Below the pieces are notes generated by a model. It saw only the letters and a program-made list of their open reading frames with translations, was not told the origin of the DNA and did not search any database. DNA of 64,000 nt from a virus, in the IMG/VR virus record IMGVR_UViG_3300007513_001104, one strand, 5' to 3'. Each line of letters starts with the position of its first letter. The stretch's first letter is position 1. Below are positions 62,581 through 64,000 of this stretch, piece by piece. The position numbers and the translations under genes were made by a program.

Positions 62581-63483
62581 TTAAAAATCATCTATTACGT
62601 CAATCAATCCTTTCATTTTATGTTCAATAAAATAGTTTAATAACTGACTTCTATCACCACCGCGTTGTGTGGTGTAATTATTTATAATAGCTTCTTTGAT
62701 GTCTTCTGGTGTTTTGGTTAAGTCAATTAGCAAAGAATTACGGTTATAACCGTGTGCCATGTGTCCTTTTACAAATTCTTCTGGTTTCTGTGCTTTCCAC
62801 TCTGCTAATTTGGTCTTTCTAATAGGGCTTTGACGTTGGCCTTTCACAAACACATCATCTGCTGATAATATATTAGGTACTCCGTCACCCTTATCACCTC
62901 TAATAATATGTTCTAATAAGACTTGATGTGCTGGCTCGTTAATCTTAACCCATTTCTTTTGTGCTGGTGCCCATTGTTTAACATTAGCCCATTTCTGTAG
63001 TTGTTTAAAGTCGTGATCGCCTGAGACTATAAGAAAAGGATCAGGTATATGTTCATCAAATGGTAACTGTCCACTTTCCTCTGGACTTGTGCCGTGTGTT
63101 TGACTGTATTCTGCTAGTGTACCTATAATATCATCTGCCTCAGCTCCGTCTACATCTATAACAGGATAAGGAAATACTTCTGCTAACTCATCTCTAACCA
63201 AGTTGAGTGCGTCAAATATCATATTCCAATCTAATTGACTAGCTTCCCGTGATGATTTTCTGTTTGCTTTATAATAAGGAAATACTTGCCGTCTCCAATA
63301 ATGTCTGTTATCACATGCTATTACTAGCTCGCCATATTCACTCCCCCAACGCTTCTTATAAGAGCGTATGGTGTTTAATATCATATGTCTAAGCAAATCT
63401 AAATGTACTTCAACATCAGGACGTCCTCTCGTCTCTGCCATAAACGAACCTATTGCTGTTTGATTATAGTCTACAACAATCAT
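62581..63483 (-). CDS. rnh: T4-type RNase H / 5'-3' exonuclease
   Basis: IVVD, YWRRQVFPYYKANRK, EADDIIG, SGDHDFKQL, GDKGDGVPNILS. Confidence 0.95.
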   Translation of the reverse strand: MIVVDYNQTAIGSFMAETRGRPDVEVHLDLLRHMILNTIRSYKKRWGSEYGELVIACDNRHYWRRQVFPYYKANRKSSREASQLDWNMIFDALNLVRDELAEVFPYPVIDVDGAEADDIIGTLAEYSQTHGTSPEESGQLPFDEHIPDPFLIVSGDHDFKQLQKWANVKQWAPAQKKWVKINEPAHQVLLEHIIRGDKGDGVPNILSADDVFVKGQRQSPIRKTKLAEWKAQKPEEFVKGHMAHGYNRNSLLIDLTKTPEDIKEAIINNYTTQRGGDRSQLLNYFIEHKMKGLIDVIDDF

Positions 63484-64000
63484 TAGATAGCCTTTAAGAT
63501 TAGCATGTGAGGATTAATACGGGTTTTAACTTTCATTTTCTTACCTCGTATCTTATCTACATAAGGACTGATAGCCTTAGGTCCTAGTTTCATAAATCCT
63601 TTTAGTTGTTCTTCATGCTTCCTTAGTGTTTTCTCATAAGATAATTCTGTATCATAGCCTGTAATAGACGTTCCTTTAACACCTAAACCACCTGCCATTC
63701 CAGATGTGTAGAGTCCTAGACGTTTTCTTTTTGTGTCATATACCCATACTTCTGTGCTACCTAATATATCTACAGGATTAATAGATGCTATATTCAAGTC
63801 TTTATTAGCTTTCATATGTCTTAAGCGAGAAACAATCTTACGTGGATCTTGTGGCTTCTTACGTCTAACTGCCTTCTTCGGAGTTGCTCCTAATTGCAAC
63901 ATGTCTAATAGTTCTTTTAAATGCTCTACGATCTTTCTGGCATTAGGTTTATTAATATGACTATAACCTTCGACTAACTGTTCATCCCAGTCTGATCTAT
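63483..64000 (-). CDS. conserved hypothetical protein (5' end outside window)
   Basis: Frame stays open to window edge (DEQLVEGYSH...); SINPVDILG..VWVYDTK.K.L, VKGTSI, KTLRK. Confidence 0.7.
   Translation of the reverse strand, partial: RSDWDEQLVEGYSHINKPNARKIVEHLKELLDMLQLGATPKKAVRRKKPQDPRKIVSRLRHMKANKDLNIASINPVDILGSTEVWVYDTKRKRLGLYTSGMAGGLGVKGTSITGYDTELSYEKTLRKHEEQLKGFMKLGPKAISPYVDKIRGKKMKVKTRINPHMLILKAI

Noticed and set aside
1-64000. tRNA genes, introns, inteins, stop-codon reassignment
   Set aside because: No cloverleaf or splicing motifs recognised by eye; core genes are full length in the standard code. A tRNAscan/Infernal run is still advisable

Overview
A 64 kb segment of an AT-rich T4-like myovirus genome, probably aquatic; the host cannot be determined from this window. 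(1) 1-11.5 kb is a baseplate/tail module: gp25, gp5, hub, gp53, gp48, gp4, gp2, gp54, gp26/gp51 and a tape-measure-like protein. (2) 11.6-22 kb holds lysozyme, oxygenases, a desaturase, gp32-gp59-gp33, SleB-type hydrolase, small membrane genes, an exonuclease and DNA ligase. (3) 22.4-39.5 kb is a gap-free 17-gene minus-strand tailoring operon behind a T4 late promoter. It has six radical SAM enzymes with an N-terminal twitch-like cluster, a carbamoyltransferase, a double glycosyltransferase-like protein, SGNH-like proteins, a methyltransferase, a GNAT, an AspH-like hydroxylase and a desaturase. (4) 39.6-45 kb is a divergent late operon: an exported Asn/Thr-repeat protein, an exported Cys-repeat/acidic protein and two membrane coiled-coil proteins. 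(5) 45-64 kb holds NadE, nucleotide-sugar enzymes, a GC-rich non-coding island with G-tracts, an FG-GAP lipoprotein, two more radical SAM enzymes, a lipase, a nuclease-like gene and RNase H. The best candidate for an undescribed system is the late tailoring operon together with its divergent repeat-protein operon. A likely -1 frameshift joining gp26 to gp51 and leaderless early transcripts are also visible. I recognised no tRNA, rRNA, CRISPR array, integrase or reverse transcriptase. All assignments come from motif recognition by eye; no searches were run.
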